Assembly (NCBI RefSeq): GCF_902713615.1
Contig: NC_052165.1
Location: forward strand, 19,162,522 to 19,226,521
Origin: Scyliorhinus canicula
Taxonomy: Eukaryota
Length of the DNA stretch: 64,000 nucleotides
Reading direction: 5' to 3'
Part shown: piece by piece, positions 24,953-37,999 of the stretch
How positions within the stretch are numbered: position 1 is the stretch's first letter
How the letters are laid out: each line of letters starts with the position of its first letter
Made by a program: the position numbers and the translations under genes
The notes under the pieces: model-generated
What the model saw: the letters and a program-made list of their open reading frames with translations, nothing else
Database searches by the model: none
Told to the model about the DNA's origin: nothing

Positions 24953-27900
24953 CATTTGCTCCCATATTATGAATTATGATTACTTCCTCCTTGGTGATCA
25001 ACAATGCTGTGTCCATATTGAGCATACCACTGAATACCACCAAATTTAAATTTCTGCCTTTATTTTCAACTTTATAGCACATAACAAACATTTATATCTG
25101 ATATGTGCATCATGAAAGGGTCAAATCCATAGCGTATGTCTTATCCATAATGTTACAAATTTAATTAATATTTAAAGCATTTTGCTTATTCGTTTCCGTC
25201 CGGGTATTATCTGTATGGTGAATAGGTCACATGTCTCTTGAAGAAATTAGTGAAACGGTTTACACGCCATTGCTAACTGGGGTCATTTTCCATTTTCCTC
25301 AAAAGATCATGGAATGAAATTAGAACTGCGGTCAAAGATTTTATGTACCGAATCAAGGGGCAGGAATTTCCACACCCCACACATGGTGTGTTTTGCGGCG
25401 GACGGAGATGGGCTTTCATTGGCGGGTGGCAGGATTGTTAGATCCCGCCGCTGCTAACAGGGTTTCCTGTTTTATCCCGCGGCGGGGATTCACCGTCAGC
25501 GGGATCGGAATATCTCGTGGTGGGAACTGCCAGAAAATTCCGACCAATGTTTAAAAAAACTGACTTGTACAGTTTTATTTTATATCTACCGTAACAATAA
25601 TTTTAAAGTTTTGCTCGTATTTAAGAAAGAATACCGAATATCAAATATTATCATGCAAATCGGAGCAAAATTGAAATCACACGCTTATGCTGGAAATATG
25701 TTTTACATTTCCAATTATTAAGAGAAATCCTTAAGGTATATTAAGCCAAAATGTTCAGGCCAATTTTGGGTAAAAATGTGTCGATAATAGATTTGGTCAA
25801 AGGATCAGCGTTGTTCCCATTACTTAGCAAATAAGATATATTTAAAATATAAACAGAAAATACTGGATAAACTCATCAGGAGTGGCAGCATCTTTGGAGA
25901 GAGAGAGAGACAGAGACGACGTTTCGAGTCTATTTTATCCTTCCACAGAGCTGATAAACGGATAGAAACATGAGGAATTATATACTTGGAGAGGGGGTAG
26001 ATGTATAAAGAGAGATGGTTAGAGTTTAATGGCCACTTCATTCAAAGGAGAAATCACCATTAATTCACGGCATCATTCCCTTCTATTGCTCTTTATTGGT
26101 CGTGGACCAATCAGCTGATTGCAAAGAACATAATTCATAAAATTATTTGGCTGGATGTTACATGGTAATCTAAACAATCTGTAATTATATTTGTAAAAAT
26201 ATACTAAAAGAAACAATATTTCAAATTTCTCTTCCTTCTTTGCTGCATCAAAATATTTTAAAGTCAAAACTTTGATTAAATCCCTTTCAAATCCACTTGT
26301 TGCAGTCGGAGAGACAATGTCTACCTTCTTACATTTTTTTGCACTTTCTGGAATTTGTGCTTCTGTGAATTTCCTATTAATGTGTATTTTGTACAGACTC
26401 CTGCAAAGAATAGGGTTAATTCTAAATGTATGCTTGCGACATATGGCTGTGTGACTTCAGTCAAATCGAAGTCACACTGTAACAGGAATTGATGGTGTTA
26501 GTGTGAATAGCAAAGAGGCAAGTGGGACAGATGGTCTAAACTATGTTACCAGTTGTGATCAAAGGGATAGGCTTTGAAATGTATACATCAGTGAACCTTG
26601 GAGCTGCATCTAAATGAGTAAGGGTTATTAATATAAAAGCAAAATACTATGGATGCTGGAAATCTGAATTAAAAATGAAGTTGTCGGTTTGGGAAATGGC
26701 TATACAGGAAAACGTTAGTGATGGGTTGTAATATGCTGAGGCTATCTCGTTCGGTCTATGACCATGAGACATTTGTCCACGACAAGTGAAAGACAAGATT
26801 AAAGCAACATCAGAACACAGCAAGACGCTGTAGAATACAAAAGAGTACATTTGGAGAGGATTGGCGTAGCAGACTTAAAGATGACACGTGAAGAGACAAG
26901 AGGCAAGGTGTCATGAAACAGCCATTGGAGTCATTGAGAAGCGAAGACCCACTTTAACTAGATACCATCTGCTTTCTTTTGTTAAGTATAAAATGTGTTG
27001 CTTAATAAAATCTTCTTTTGCCCCCTGCGTTAAGTGTCATCCAAAATTTATTGTCTGGTCTCAAAACTTCTTGCATAGGCAACACAATTTATGAACTTTA
27101 TCTTGGATATATGTTGTATCTGTAAATTGTAATATAGAAATATCAATTACAGGTTTAAATATTTGTAGAAATATTAAAAGCCATAAACAGTTATAGTTGT
27201 CAATGTAATCCCTGGAGACCAACAGCCAATACTTCAATTGTTTACCTGCGTTTGAAACCTAAAGTGATACCAGATTTAATGATTTTTCGTCATCATTTCA
27301 CAGACTCTCTTCTATTTCTCATATATTTGAGTTGTAACTTGGAATCATAAAATGCCTACTGTGCAGAAGGGGGCCATTTGGCCCATCAAATCTGTACCAA
27401 CACTCTCAAAGAGCCGTCTACCCAGGCCTACTCCCCTACCAAATCTGCCTTATCCCTGTAAGACCGTAACCTAACTTGCACATTCCTGGACACTTGAGGG
27501 GCAAATTAGCATGACCAATCCACCCACCTGAAAATCTTTGGACTGTGGAAGGAAATCGGAGTACCTTGAAAAATCCAGGCAGACAGGGCGAGAATGTGTG
27601 AAATCAACACAGTCACCCAAGGCTGGAATCGGACCTGGGTACCTGCCGCAGTGAGGCAGCAGTGCTAATGCTTCGTTTTAGGAACCCAATGCTGTTATCG
27701 GTTTAGTAGAAAAGTTAATTTGTAATTAATTTTTTACCCTTTTGTGCTGAGGACTAGTCTATTTATTTGAACTTCTGTTCATAAACACAACTCCTATTTA
27801 TTAAAATTCAAGAAGAGTTTAGCTTTCCATTATGCACTTTTGTTCACCGCACCAACCTCCTAAAATGGATAGTGTGGCATCTTAGCCATCTGCCGTAATG

Positions 27901-28070
27901 TGCCTCAATGTGTGATTTTGATTTATGATCCTGTGAAGTGCTTTTGGAACTTTTTAATAGACTAAAGGTGCCTTTTAAATGCCTGCTGTACCAACTTGAT
28001 TAACACTTTTACTGTGCATGCTTCAATCGCTTGTGGGAAATTATAATAAACCTTGCTCTTCAACAATAAA
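24953..28070 (+). other. ACSS3: Probable ACSS3 3'UTR ending at tandem AATAAA signals (28045-28050, 28065-28070)
   Basis: AT-rich, mostly unique sequence after the stop, with two AATAAA just before a TE-dense block. The true end cannot be determined from sequence. Confidence 0.4.
25358..25545. mobile_element. Short (~190 bp) Harbinger-type MITE in the putative ACSS3 3'UTR
   Basis: gggcaggaatttcc ... agaaaattccgacc. Related fragments at 3658-3800 and 53880-53980. Confidence 0.6.
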
Positions 28071-28491
28071 ACATTTCAGCCTCATTACAAGTGACTACAG
28101 GGCTAATTTTAACCCCTCCCACCAAACACACGGGTAAAGTTTAGTCATTCTCTGCAAGGTTGCCACTGTCCTGTTATTTAAATGAATGCTGGTATCAGTT
28201 CCTTCAGTTCACACAATCAGCTGAAATCCTAAATGCATAATGAGGCCAGGCAAAGACAATGTGACTTTTCTGAAGGAAAACCTGTTTGTGAGAATATTTT
28301 GAGAAAATAACAAACAAGGTGGATAAAGGGGAACCTGCAGATGAGGTGTGCTTGGATTTCCAAAAGGCATTTGATAAGGCGCCACATCAAATGTTAAAAC
28401 TCAAGGTAAGAGAACATTGTGTAAGGGTAACATATCAGGCCCGAACATCTGAGTATTGGTAGGAAGCCATGGCCCACCGACACCTAACCTC

Positions 28492-28850
28492 TGATACACC
28501 ATCAATAATACACGATGAGTGATAAACATAACTGAGGCTTTAATACACTAAACAGCAAGCCTCCTGCCTCTGGACCTGAACTGGGTCTAGAGGTGGAGAC
28601 TTGCCACTTTTACACAGAAGCCTGAGGGGAGGAGCCACAGGCGGAGCCAGTCTGGACAAGCCCAGGCATGTACAACACAGCACAGTGAATATAAAACAAT
28701 AACGTGCTTTACCACATTCACCCCCTGTTTAAAAAAGAGTCCAGCGGGGGTGAGGTGGTCTTACAGGTCAAGTCTGTTGGGGACCTTGACCTTCCGCTGT
28801 GACCGCCTTGATCCCGGCTGGTGTGGACGCCGGTGTCGAGACCTGTGCGT
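28492..28850 (-). mobile_element. Gypsy 3' end: pol C-terminus, PPT and a 225-bp 3' LTR (28492-28716)
   Basis: RRSQRKVKVPNRLDL* (stop 28763-28761). PPT AAACAGGGGGTGAA directly before TGTGG...TATCA. ATTAAA inside the LTR. Confidence 0.7.
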
Positions 28851-28990
28851 GCGGGAGCATGTTGACTTTTTCACCCAGATGTTTATGGGGATGGCTGAAG
28901 ACACGAGCGATCATCTATGTGGAGGTTGGTGCACGCTGCAGTGTGAGCATCCACCGGACCCCACCCGGAGGACCTGTCAAACATGAGTTA

Positions 28991-29154
28991 TTGTGATACA
29001 GACTGACCCATCCCTCCCACTGACCATGTGTTCATTGTGATACAGACTGACCCATTGTGACCCACTGTATCATTGTGATACAGACTGACCCATTGTGACC
29101 CACTGTATCATTGTGATGCAGACTGACCCATCCCTCCCACTGACCATGTGTTCA
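28991..29154. repeat. Four copies of a 20-mer with A-B-B-A spacers
   Basis: ttgtgatacagactgaccca at 28991, 29035, 29073 and 29111. Confidence 0.9.
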
Positions 29155-29715
29155 TTCTCCCGCAGGTCCTCCAGCTGATGGTGCCGCCCCATTCGGGGCG
29201 GCCCCCTCCCTTGCCTCCCATGAGACCACATCGGAGGAGAACTCCAAGGATGCCATGATCGTTGCGTCATAGCTCTCATCCCCACCCTCCACCAGCGCAG
29301 AGATACACGCCTCGCTGGACAATGTTAGTGGAAAGGCTTCGGGACCACAATCTGGTGAGTACCACACAGTTGCTGATGTACATCAAGTGAAGGCAGGAAC
29401 TCCCAAGCGAGGCAGCAGTCAGAACTGATGGAGGTTTCAGGGAACAGCCGGGACATTCAGGGGGGGATGTCAGCAACACTCTTGCAGATCCATAGCCGAT
29501 TGGAGGAGTCCCAGAGGCTATGGCGCAGGAGATGTCGCCGGCAATGCGTGGCACCAAGATCAATACTTCTAGGCTGGCGACGGCAGTGGAGAGCCGGCTG
29601 TATGATGTCAATATTAGGGGAGGTGTTCAAGTTGTAACTCAGTCAGTGACGGCCAAGCCTGAGGACCTTGGCAGATTGTCCGACTCGCTGGGAGACCCAG
29701 TACCAGGCTGACCTT

Positions 29716-29948
29716 GATTTTTGTTTGTGTAAATTTAGAGTACCCAATTCATTTTTTCCAATTCAGGGGCAATTTAGCGTGGCCAATCCACCTACCTTAC
29801 ACATCTTTGGGTTGTGGCGGCGAAACCCACGCAAACACGGGAAGAATGTGCAAACTCTACATGGACAGTGACCCAGAGCCGGGATGGAACCAGGGACATT
29901 GGCGCTGTGAGGCAACAGGGCTAACCCACTGCGCCACCGTGCTGCCCT
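29716..29948 (-). mobile_element. Short-tail HE1-like SINE with an 11-bp TSD (aggctgacctt) in the Harbinger remnant
   Basis: TSD at 29705-29715 and 29949-29959. Confidence 0.9.
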
Positions 29949-30415
29949 AGGCTGACCTTAATGAGGTTCTGCGGGACATGCCCATTCTCAGATGGGAATG
30001 GACCGATGTCCCAGGCGCTGCAGAGCATGTCCCAGTCTGAGGAGTATCGCTGAGGGCTTCAATACCATGGCGCAGATATTGGGGAGCCGCCAGGGCTGGA
30101 AGAGGCAAAGGATGAAGAGGCAGCCGGAGCTCGAATCAGCAGACTCTCTGTCCTGATGTGAACCCCAGGGTCCTATGTGTAGTGAGCGGGTAGATGGCGC
30201 GCAGGGTGGCAACTCGTTCCCCCGATAATCTGTGTCTCACGGCCAGCTGCAGGAACTGGGCGGCACGGCTGTGCATGTGCTGCCATCAAGTGAGCCGGGG
30301 CCCTCCGGCCCCAGAGCCCCCAGAGGACGCCCACCAGAGGCATCGAAGGCCATGGGACAAGGAAAGCAGCTGGCTTCCACCACCTTTGATACACCTAGGC
30401 GTAGTGGTAGAGCAA

Positions 30416-30607
30416 GGGGCTGGTTTAGCACACTGGGCTAAATCGCTGGCTTTTAAAGCAGACCAAGGCAGGCCAGCAGCACGGTTCAATTCCCGTACCA
30501 GCCTCCCCGAACAGGTGCCGGAATGTGGCGACTAGGAGCTTTTCACAGTAACTTCAGTTGAAGCCTACTTGTGACAATAAGCGATTTTCATTCATTTCAT
30601 TCATTCA
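30416..30607 (+). mobile_element. ~190-bp tRNA-derived SINE with a (TTTCA)n tail
   Basis: A box ggtttagcacactgg, B box ggttcaattcc, CTTTTAA anticodon-like loop. Other copies at 5957-6151 and 14048-14155 (5'-truncated). Confidence 0.8.
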
Positions 30608-31306
30608 GGAAAGCCAAGCATATCGAGGATCACTGAGAGAGCACTGGGCGGCGGCTGAGGAATCGTGTGTGCGTTGGGCGGGAGGGGAGGACGCATTGGG
30701 GGGGAGTGGGGATAGTGGGGCAGAACCGAGTGGGGCAGAGATGTGCAAGAAACATTAAAATGCCCTCACCACATCCGGAATGATGCCTCTGGCTCTTTGT
30801 TCCACAATGCGGGCTGACAACCAATCCCATGCCACTTGTCCCCCATCCAACCCAACACGCCATGCCCAGTGTGAACATGTACCCAGGGCTGGGGCCCATC
30901 CCCTGGGTGATTTAAGGTTGGCTGCTGCGTCTGTGGTGTTGCCTCCCGCAGTGTTCAAGCACAGTGTCCATTCATCAAGGTGTGATTGGGACACTAGACA
31001 ATGAGCCCCAAATACTACATGGTACGCCCACCCGTGGGATCCACTTGGGATGTGAAGTGCTCACTTAACCACGATTGCCAATTCCCATGAGTAATAGCTT
31101 AAAGCCGCACAGCCTGAAGTCTCCATGATCAGTTGGAGTTATGGGTGATTGTTGGACTAACAGGCAGGGACCAGGGTTGCCCCCGGAACGGGACCACGCA
31201 GTCCAGGGGTTGGTATGGAGGAACCCACCCCCCGGCACGGCCAACTGCCCCCCCCCCCATCAGTGCACCCCTCCCTCTCTTCCAGTGGAATCCCCTCTGC
31301 CCCAAT

Positions 31307-31349
<43 letters not shown>

Positions 31350-31684
31350 CTCACTCTCTGTGAGTGAAGATGGCCGCTCACCTCCTTGGCTCCCCGCAGC
31401 AGTTTATCTGCCAGATTCATGTTTTTGAAAAGGAGTACTAATCGGTGCCAGCGTGGCCACTTGCTGGGGAGGCTGCTGGATCGCGGGAGGCCATTGGACA
31501 TGGGATGGCTCTTGTTAATTGTATGAAAAAAGGGTTTATGTGGTGATAATTTGTTTCTTGCCGCGCTACAGTGAGATCTTGATTTTGCCTACGGTAGCGG
31601 GCCGATTGCATTGCAAACTGTTTGGCACCTGCCGCAGTTCTCGTTTTTGGCCTCTCCCGCTATTCACCAATCTTGTTGAGCACC

Positions 31685-32312
31685 TCCGCACCTTTAGGGG
31701 CTAGTCCCGCACCTTTAGGGGTTAGGCCTGCCTCGGAGTGGTTGGCGCCCCGCCGGCTGGCGTGGAAGGCCTTTGGCACCATGCCAGTCGAGGCCGAAGG
31801 GACTCCGCCGGCCGGCGGGGGTTCACGCATGCGTGGGAGCACCAGCGGCTGCTGACGTCATCCCCGCGCGTGCGCGAGGGGAGGGTGTCACCTACGCGTT
31901 GGCCATGGCGGAGGCTGATAGTCCGCGCGTAGGAAAAGAGTGCCCCCTCGGCACAGGCCCACCCACGGATTGGTGGGCCCCGATCGCAGGCCAGACCACC
32001 GTGGGGGCAACCCCCAGGGCTAGATCTCCCCGTGCCTCCCCAGGACCCCGGAGTCCGCCCACGCCGCCAGGTTCTGCCGGTAAGGGATCTGGTTCAATCT
32101 ACGGCAGCGGGATCGGCATAGAAGCAGCTGGACTTCGGCCCATCGCGGGCCGGAGATTCGGCGGGGCGGGGGGGGGGGCGGGGCAGACCGGCGCGGCACG
32201 ATTCCCGCCCCCGATGAATCTCTGACCCGAGAATTCTGTGGCTGGCGGGGGCGAGATTCACACCGCCCCCCCGCCGATTCTCTGACCCGGCCGGGGGTCG
32301 GTAAAACCCGAC
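31685..32312. mobile_element. Inverted, one-end-truncated copy of the 51866-type MITE
   Basis: Reverse-complement similarity (ccgcacctttagggg..., gctgacgtca, ggggtcggtaaaacccgacc). Confidence 0.7.
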
Positions 32313-32314
32313 CA

Positions 32315-32690
32315 TGGATTCTGCTAACTGCTGCACTGCCCTTGCGTCATCTGGAACCTGCACCAGGAGGTATGTCCGTATCAGCCTCCATATTACCCTC
32401 CTCCAACTCCTCCACTTCTGGTGGTAAGTCATTTTCTGGGTGAATACTCAGTCCACGTTGAAGGGAAAAGTTGGGCACAACACACTCCATGACTTTCTGT
32501 CATGACTTTCACCTTCACAATTAATGTAGGGTGGCAGTTAGAGTTTGGCTTCAGATCATCCTTCAACATTTCACAAAGATGTCCCAATGCTTCCTTGCTG
32601 AAGCACTGTCTTGTAGCACACATCTCCCCTGACATCGTTTCTATGACGTCCTTTGCCTGTGCGCTCTCAGGGGTGGATAATTGATTCACT
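32315..32690 (-). pseudogene. Internally deleted Harbinger transposase fragment (different subfamily)
   Basis: MSGEMCATRQCFSKEALGHLCEMLKDDLKPNSNCHPTLIVKVKV resembles the HARBI1 N-terminus. Confidence 0.6.
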
Positions 32691-33597
32691 TCCTCACCTG
32701 GCAGACATATAACCTGACTACAGATTTTGAATCTGCACTAGATTCTGCTATACCTGTCAGAGAGATAGTTCACATTGCTTACAAGAGGCTTGCATACATC
32801 AACTGATGGCTAGAAAAGGAGTCTAAGAAAAGAATACCAGTGATCTAGAGTCCAAGGACCGATCCCACCTACTGGAAATATCTGCCAAGTATGTGGTCAA
32901 AGACGCAACACTAGGATCGGGCTCATCAGTCACGCAAGGGCCCACAAAACCCATGACCAGTAACACGGAGTTTCTAGGTGGACAATCGTACTGGTTAGCG
33001 AGTGATCACCAAAGATTACAGAAACTCCATACTCATTCTATCCATTACGGTTCCTTTAAAGGAATTAACAGCCTCATGACAAACCAAAGTTAAAATAATA
33101 TATAGTTTCTTTCACTTCAGGTGCATTTTAAACATATTTGTAATCACTGTTATAAAACATTAACCCACCGAAAAAATTGTCTCCGATGTCTCCTGCCTCT
33201 GCTCGATCATTCTGGATTGAGAAAAAAAAGTGCAAATAAACAAGTTTAAAAATTTACCGAACATCCCGACAACTTGGCCAAGTTAGCGCTGTCCCGGTAA
33301 TTTTCATTAAGCCGGTTCAGCACAGAGCTTGAAGAAAAACAGGTCAAGTAAACTGGGTTGGTAGTTTTAGCGGGGCGCGCTTTACGCGCACATGGCCTTG
33401 CGTCAGGACTTCTGTATTGGCGCATGTGAGGCGGAGAATCTCTGTAACCCCAAAAAAGGAACGGAAGTTACAAAAGCATAGATAGAGGATTAGTTAGCTA
33501 ACAAGATGCAGAGAATCGGGATAATCTTTTTTTGCATTTGCAAGATATAACGCATGGCGTGCCACAGGGCCTTCAGTTATTTACAATCTACATTAAT

Positions 33598-33805
33598 GAT
33601 GTGGATGAAAGAAGCAAATATCGGGGAGCCAAATTTGCTGATGACACCAAGATAGGAAAGTAAGTTGTGCGGAGGTAGAGAGTCAGCAAAGGGATATAAA
33701 CGATGTGGATGAAAGAAGCAAATATCTGGGAGCCAAATTTGCTGATGACACCAAGATAGGAAAGTAAGTTGTGCGGAGGTAGAGAGTCAGCAAAGGGATA
33801 TAAAC
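33598..33805. repeat. 104-bp tandem duplication
   Basis: Two copies with one visible mismatch. Confidence 0.9.
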
Positions 33806-34086
33806 AGGTTAAGTGAAATGGCAAAAGCTCGGCACATGGAGTATAATGTGGGAGATGTGAATTTTTCCACTTTGGCAGGAATAATAGATATCAGTGTAGT
33901 GTTTAAATAGGAGGGATTGCAGAACTCAGTGGTACAGAGAGACCTGGGTGTACCAGTACATGTATCACAAATAGTTGGCAGGTAGAGCAAGTGATTAGGA
34001 AGGCAAATAGAATGTTATTGCAAGGGAAATTAAATATAAAAGTAGGAAAGTTTTACTGCAGCTTTACAGAGCCTTGGTGCAACCAG

Positions 34087-34533
34087 GGCCTGGATTCTCC
34101 GATTCTGGGGCTATGTCCGGTGTGAGAACGGTGGCGTTTTACGGCAGGAAAACTGGTGCAAAGCAGCCACTGTTCCCCCGTTTTGCTGGGGGCTAGCATG
34201 CCGGCAGCGTAGAGCACCTGGCTCTAGCTGTCAATATGCCCTGGAGAATTACAGGGTCTGTGGCCGCACATTTGCACGGCGGCGGCCTGCAGCGGCCGTG
34301 CTGTGCTTCATGGCGGAGGCCACTCGCGGACCCGGCCCACGAAATATCCCATCCTTCGGCTGGCTCGCATGCCCCTGACCCCCCCCCCCCATTGTGCCCC
34401 AGCCCTGAATAATGTCCCCCCCCTGCCAGCAGATCGGCCCTCCCCGACTGATGGTGCTGGACCAATTCGGTCGTAAACTTGGGATTCTCCGGCCGTTCGG
34501 CGAACGGGATTTCGGCGCCAGAGAATCCAGTCC
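34087..34533. mobile_element. Harbinger-type MITE inserted in CR1
   Basis: cag|ggcctggattctcc ... agagaatccagtcc|cac. Confidence 0.75.
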
Positions 34534-34782
34534 CACATTTGGAATGTGGCCGGAATTCTCCAGTCATTGGGATCCTCTATTCCCGCTGGTAGCGCACTCC
34601 TGCCCGTGGGTTTCCTGGCAACATGGGAGTTGCTTCCAGCAGTTCAGAGAGGGTTCACTCGACTCATTCCTTCGATTAAGGGCTTATTAAGGAAGGTGGA
34701 GGTTACAAGAATGAGAGGTGATTTTAGTGAAACACACATAGCCAAGATTTTCCACTCCCATTTGAGTTGGGTGGGTTGGTGG

Positions 34783-35895
34783 CAGTCAATAAGAGGGTCA
34801 TTTAGGAGTCTGGTGACAGTGGGGAAGAAGCTGTTTTTGAGTCTGTTCGTTCGTGTTCTCAGACTTCTGTATCTCCTGCCCGATGGAAGAAGTTGGAAAA
34901 GTGAGTAAGCCGGGTGGGAGGGATCCTTGATTATGCTGCCCGCTTTCCCCCGGCAGCGGGAGGTGTAGATGGAATCAATGGATGGGAGGCAGGTTCGTGT
35001 GATGGACTGGGTGGTATTCTCGACTCTCTGAAGTTCCTTGCGGTCCTGGGCCGAGCAGTTGCCATACCAGGCTGTGATGCAGCCCGATAGGATGCTTTCT
35101 ATAGTGCATCTGTAAAAGTTGGTAAGGGTTAATGTGGACATGCCGAATTTCCTTAGTTTCCTGAGGAAGTATAGACGCTGTTGTGCTTTCTTGGTGATAG
35201 CGTCGACGTGAGTGGACCAGGATAGATTTTTGGTGATGTGCACCCCTAGGAATTTGAAACTGCTAACCATCTCCACCTCAGCTCCGTTGATGCTGACAGG
35301 GGTGTGTACAGTACTTTGCTTCCTGGAGTCGATGACCAGCTCTTTAGTTTTGCTGGCATTGAGGGAGAGATTGTTGTCGTTACACCACTCCACTAGGTTC
35401 TCTATCCCTCCTGTATTCTGACTCATAGTTATTCGAGATCCGGCCCACTATGGTCGTATCGTCAGCAAACTTGTAGATGGAGTTGGAACCAAGTTTTGCC
35501 ACGCAGTCGTGTGTGTACAGGGAGTAGAGTAGGGGGCTAAGTACGCAGTCTTGTGGGGCACCGGTATTGAGGACTATTGTGGAGGAGGTGTTGGTGTTCA
35601 TTCTTACTGACTGTGGTCTGTTGGTCAGAAAGGCAAGGATCCAGTTGCAGAGTGGAGAGCCAAGTCCTAGGTTTTGGAGCTTTGATATGAACTTGGCTGG
35701 GATTATGGTGTTGAAGGCGGAGCTGTAGTCAATAAATAGGAGTCTGATGTAGGAGTCCTTGTTTTCGAGATGCTCTAGGGATGAGTGTAGGGCCAGGGAA
35801 ATGGCGTCTGATGTGGACCGGTTGCGACGGTATGCGAATTGAAGTGGGTCAAGGCGTTCCGGGAGTATGGAGGTGATGCGCTTCATGATCAGCCT
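34783..35895 (-). mobile_element. Rex1/Babar-type LINE, RT and C-terminal region, one frameshift (~35420), truncated at both ends
   Basis: [58 protein letters not shown]. Confidence 0.9.
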
Positions 35896-35896
35896 A

Positions 35897-37624
35897 TTGA
35901 ACTAATTCATAATCATCTGCCATTTCTGCTGCTAACCTCACAGTTTTAACCCTCTGCTCTTCCACATGAGTTCTCACTACATCAGTAATTGAAGTTTTAA
36001 ACTCCTTCAAAAGTATAATTTCTCTGAGAGCTTCATACGTTTGCTCTATTTTCAAAGCCCTTATTCACCTTTCAAAATTACTCTGTTTGAGCCTCTCAAA
36101 CTCCATGTATGTTTTACCAAATTCTTTCCTTAAATTTCAAAACCTTTGTCTGTAAGCTTCAGGCACTAGTTCATATGCACCTAAGCTGGATTTTTTCACC
36201 TCCTCATACGTCCCAGATACCTTCTCCGGTAGTGAGGCAAACACATCACTAGCTCTACTTATCAGCTTTGTTTGAATCAGTAATACCCACATGTCCCGTG
36301 GCCATTTCATTTGTTTAGCTACCTTGTCAAATGAAATGAAAAAGGCTTCCACCTCCTTCTCGTCAAATATTGGCAATGCTTGGACATATTTAAATAGATC
36401 CCCACCAAGCCTTTGACTATGAAGTTCTTTCTCACTATCCTCATCACTATCCTCCAACTGTATGTTTCCCTTTACATCTGCCAATTTTATATGACTTATG
36501 TTTCATAGCCTTTTTCTGAAGTTCAAACTCTCTCTCTCTTTCCCTTTCCTCTCTATCTCTTTCTTTGTTTCTTTCTTCTCTCTCCTTTTTGTTTTCCCTG
36601 ATCTGTATCTCCCTTTCTCTTTCTTTTTCTCTCATTGCATATTCAAGCTGCTTTAATTCTTTTTCATGTTCAAGTTGCTTAAGCTGCAACTGGATCTTTG
36701 CCATTTCTAATGAGTCAGACTGTATCTCAGGCAACTTTAAATGCTTAGCCACTGCCATAATTACCTCATCTTTTCGCATTTTGTTAACTGCAATGATTTT
36801 GCCAAATCAAACAGTCTGCTTTTAGACTCTATCCATAAGGTACTGCGTGTGACTGTCTCCACACCCAAAAACTTCAGAGCCTCTGAAAGAGCCATTTTCC
36901 ACAACACATGCCCCACTTAATCTAAAATACCACACCTGAAAATCAACCACGATATGCTCACCCCTCACTGTCTTTAAGTTCACTAAGCCAATCCAATAGA
37001 TAGACTTTTATCGACCACGAGCCCCCAATTTGTTATGTGCCAGGGTTTAGAGAACCCCAAAGTGTATCATGGAGTTCACCTGACCCACAACGTTTAATAG
37101 ATTGTGGTATGGGGAGCACATGGCCCACTCTACAGCTGGAAATGTGAAAGTATTTTTTTAAAGCAAAACAATGTTTATTCTATTAACTCAAGTTAAACTT
37201 TTTAAACCATACAGTGAACATCTTAGCAACCATTAATTCAAATACAACCCCCAAAGACTACAACACTAAGTAATCCTTTAAGCTTTCCAGTTAACATCCA
37301 TAAGACTTAAAAACAAAACCTTTAACAGAAGCACATAAGGTTAAAGTCACTACTGAGAACAGTTATTAGTTTTAAATCACCAAAGGATCAATTTACAGTT
37401 TTTTGATTACAGAGAGAGAGACTAATACCCCTTTTGGCTGTGACTGCAGCTATCCAGCTCTGAAACCGAAACTAAAAAACACCCTGCAGCAAACAGCCTT
37501 AAACAAAAATAAAAAGCTGACAGACAGTCCAGCTCCACCCACACTCTGACATCACTGATAAACACTCATTTCTTAAAGGTACATTTCTTAAACACCCATT
37601 TCTTAAAGGTGCTCTCACATGACA
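35897..37624 (-). mobile_element. Gypsy (Gmr1/SCAN-gag-like) LTR retrotransposon 5' part: LTR 37031-37624, PBS, frameshifted gag
   Basis: LTR TGTCA...TAACA on -. PBS TGGGGGCTCGT (tRNA-Pro-like) 3 nt after the LTR. Gag motifs FDEKEVEAFFISFDKVAKQMKWP and AYELVPEAYRQRF. Confidence 0.85.
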
Positions 37625-37999
37625 CAGTGCAATGAAGTTGCTGCAAAAATCCACTAGTCGCCACATTCCAGCACCTGTTCGGGTACACTGAGGGAGAATT
37701 CAGAATGCCCAATTCACCTAACAAGCACGCCTTTCGGGACTTGTGGGAGGAAACCAGAGCACCCGGAGGAAACCCACGTAGACACGAGGAGAACGTGCAG
37801 ATTCCGCACAGCCAGTGACCCAAGCCGGGAATAGAACCCGGAACCCTGGTGCTGTGAAGCAACAGTGTTAATGCAGGGACAGAGTCTGCAATGGTGTCCA
37901 CGGGGGCACAATGTAGGCCGCTGGACTTGATTGGGCAAGGGGCTATGCACCATGCTACATGTCATCCTTTCACCCCCTGAACACAATGAATATTTGAAT

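Larger units (their letters stand above)
28860..31680 (+). mobile_element. Second Harbinger remnant: downstream Myb-like exons, 3' region and subterminal sequence
   Basis: Acceptor ttctcccgcag at 29165. 30000-30410 resembles 6620-7150 of the first element. Confidence 0.6.
33465..34740 (+). mobile_element. CR1 LINE fragment with a MITE insertion and a 104-bp tandem duplication
   Basis: KFADDTK and other CR1 RT motifs. Confidence 0.8.

Noticed and set aside
28991-29154. CRISPR-like repeat-spacer pattern
   Set aside because: The spacers are themselves repeated (A-B-B-A), there are no cas genes, and the context is a eukaryotic transposon intron.
34644-35886. Functional reverse transcriptase gene
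   Set aside because: Rex1 fragment with no endonuclease or 5' end, a frameshift near 35420, and a lost 3'UTR.
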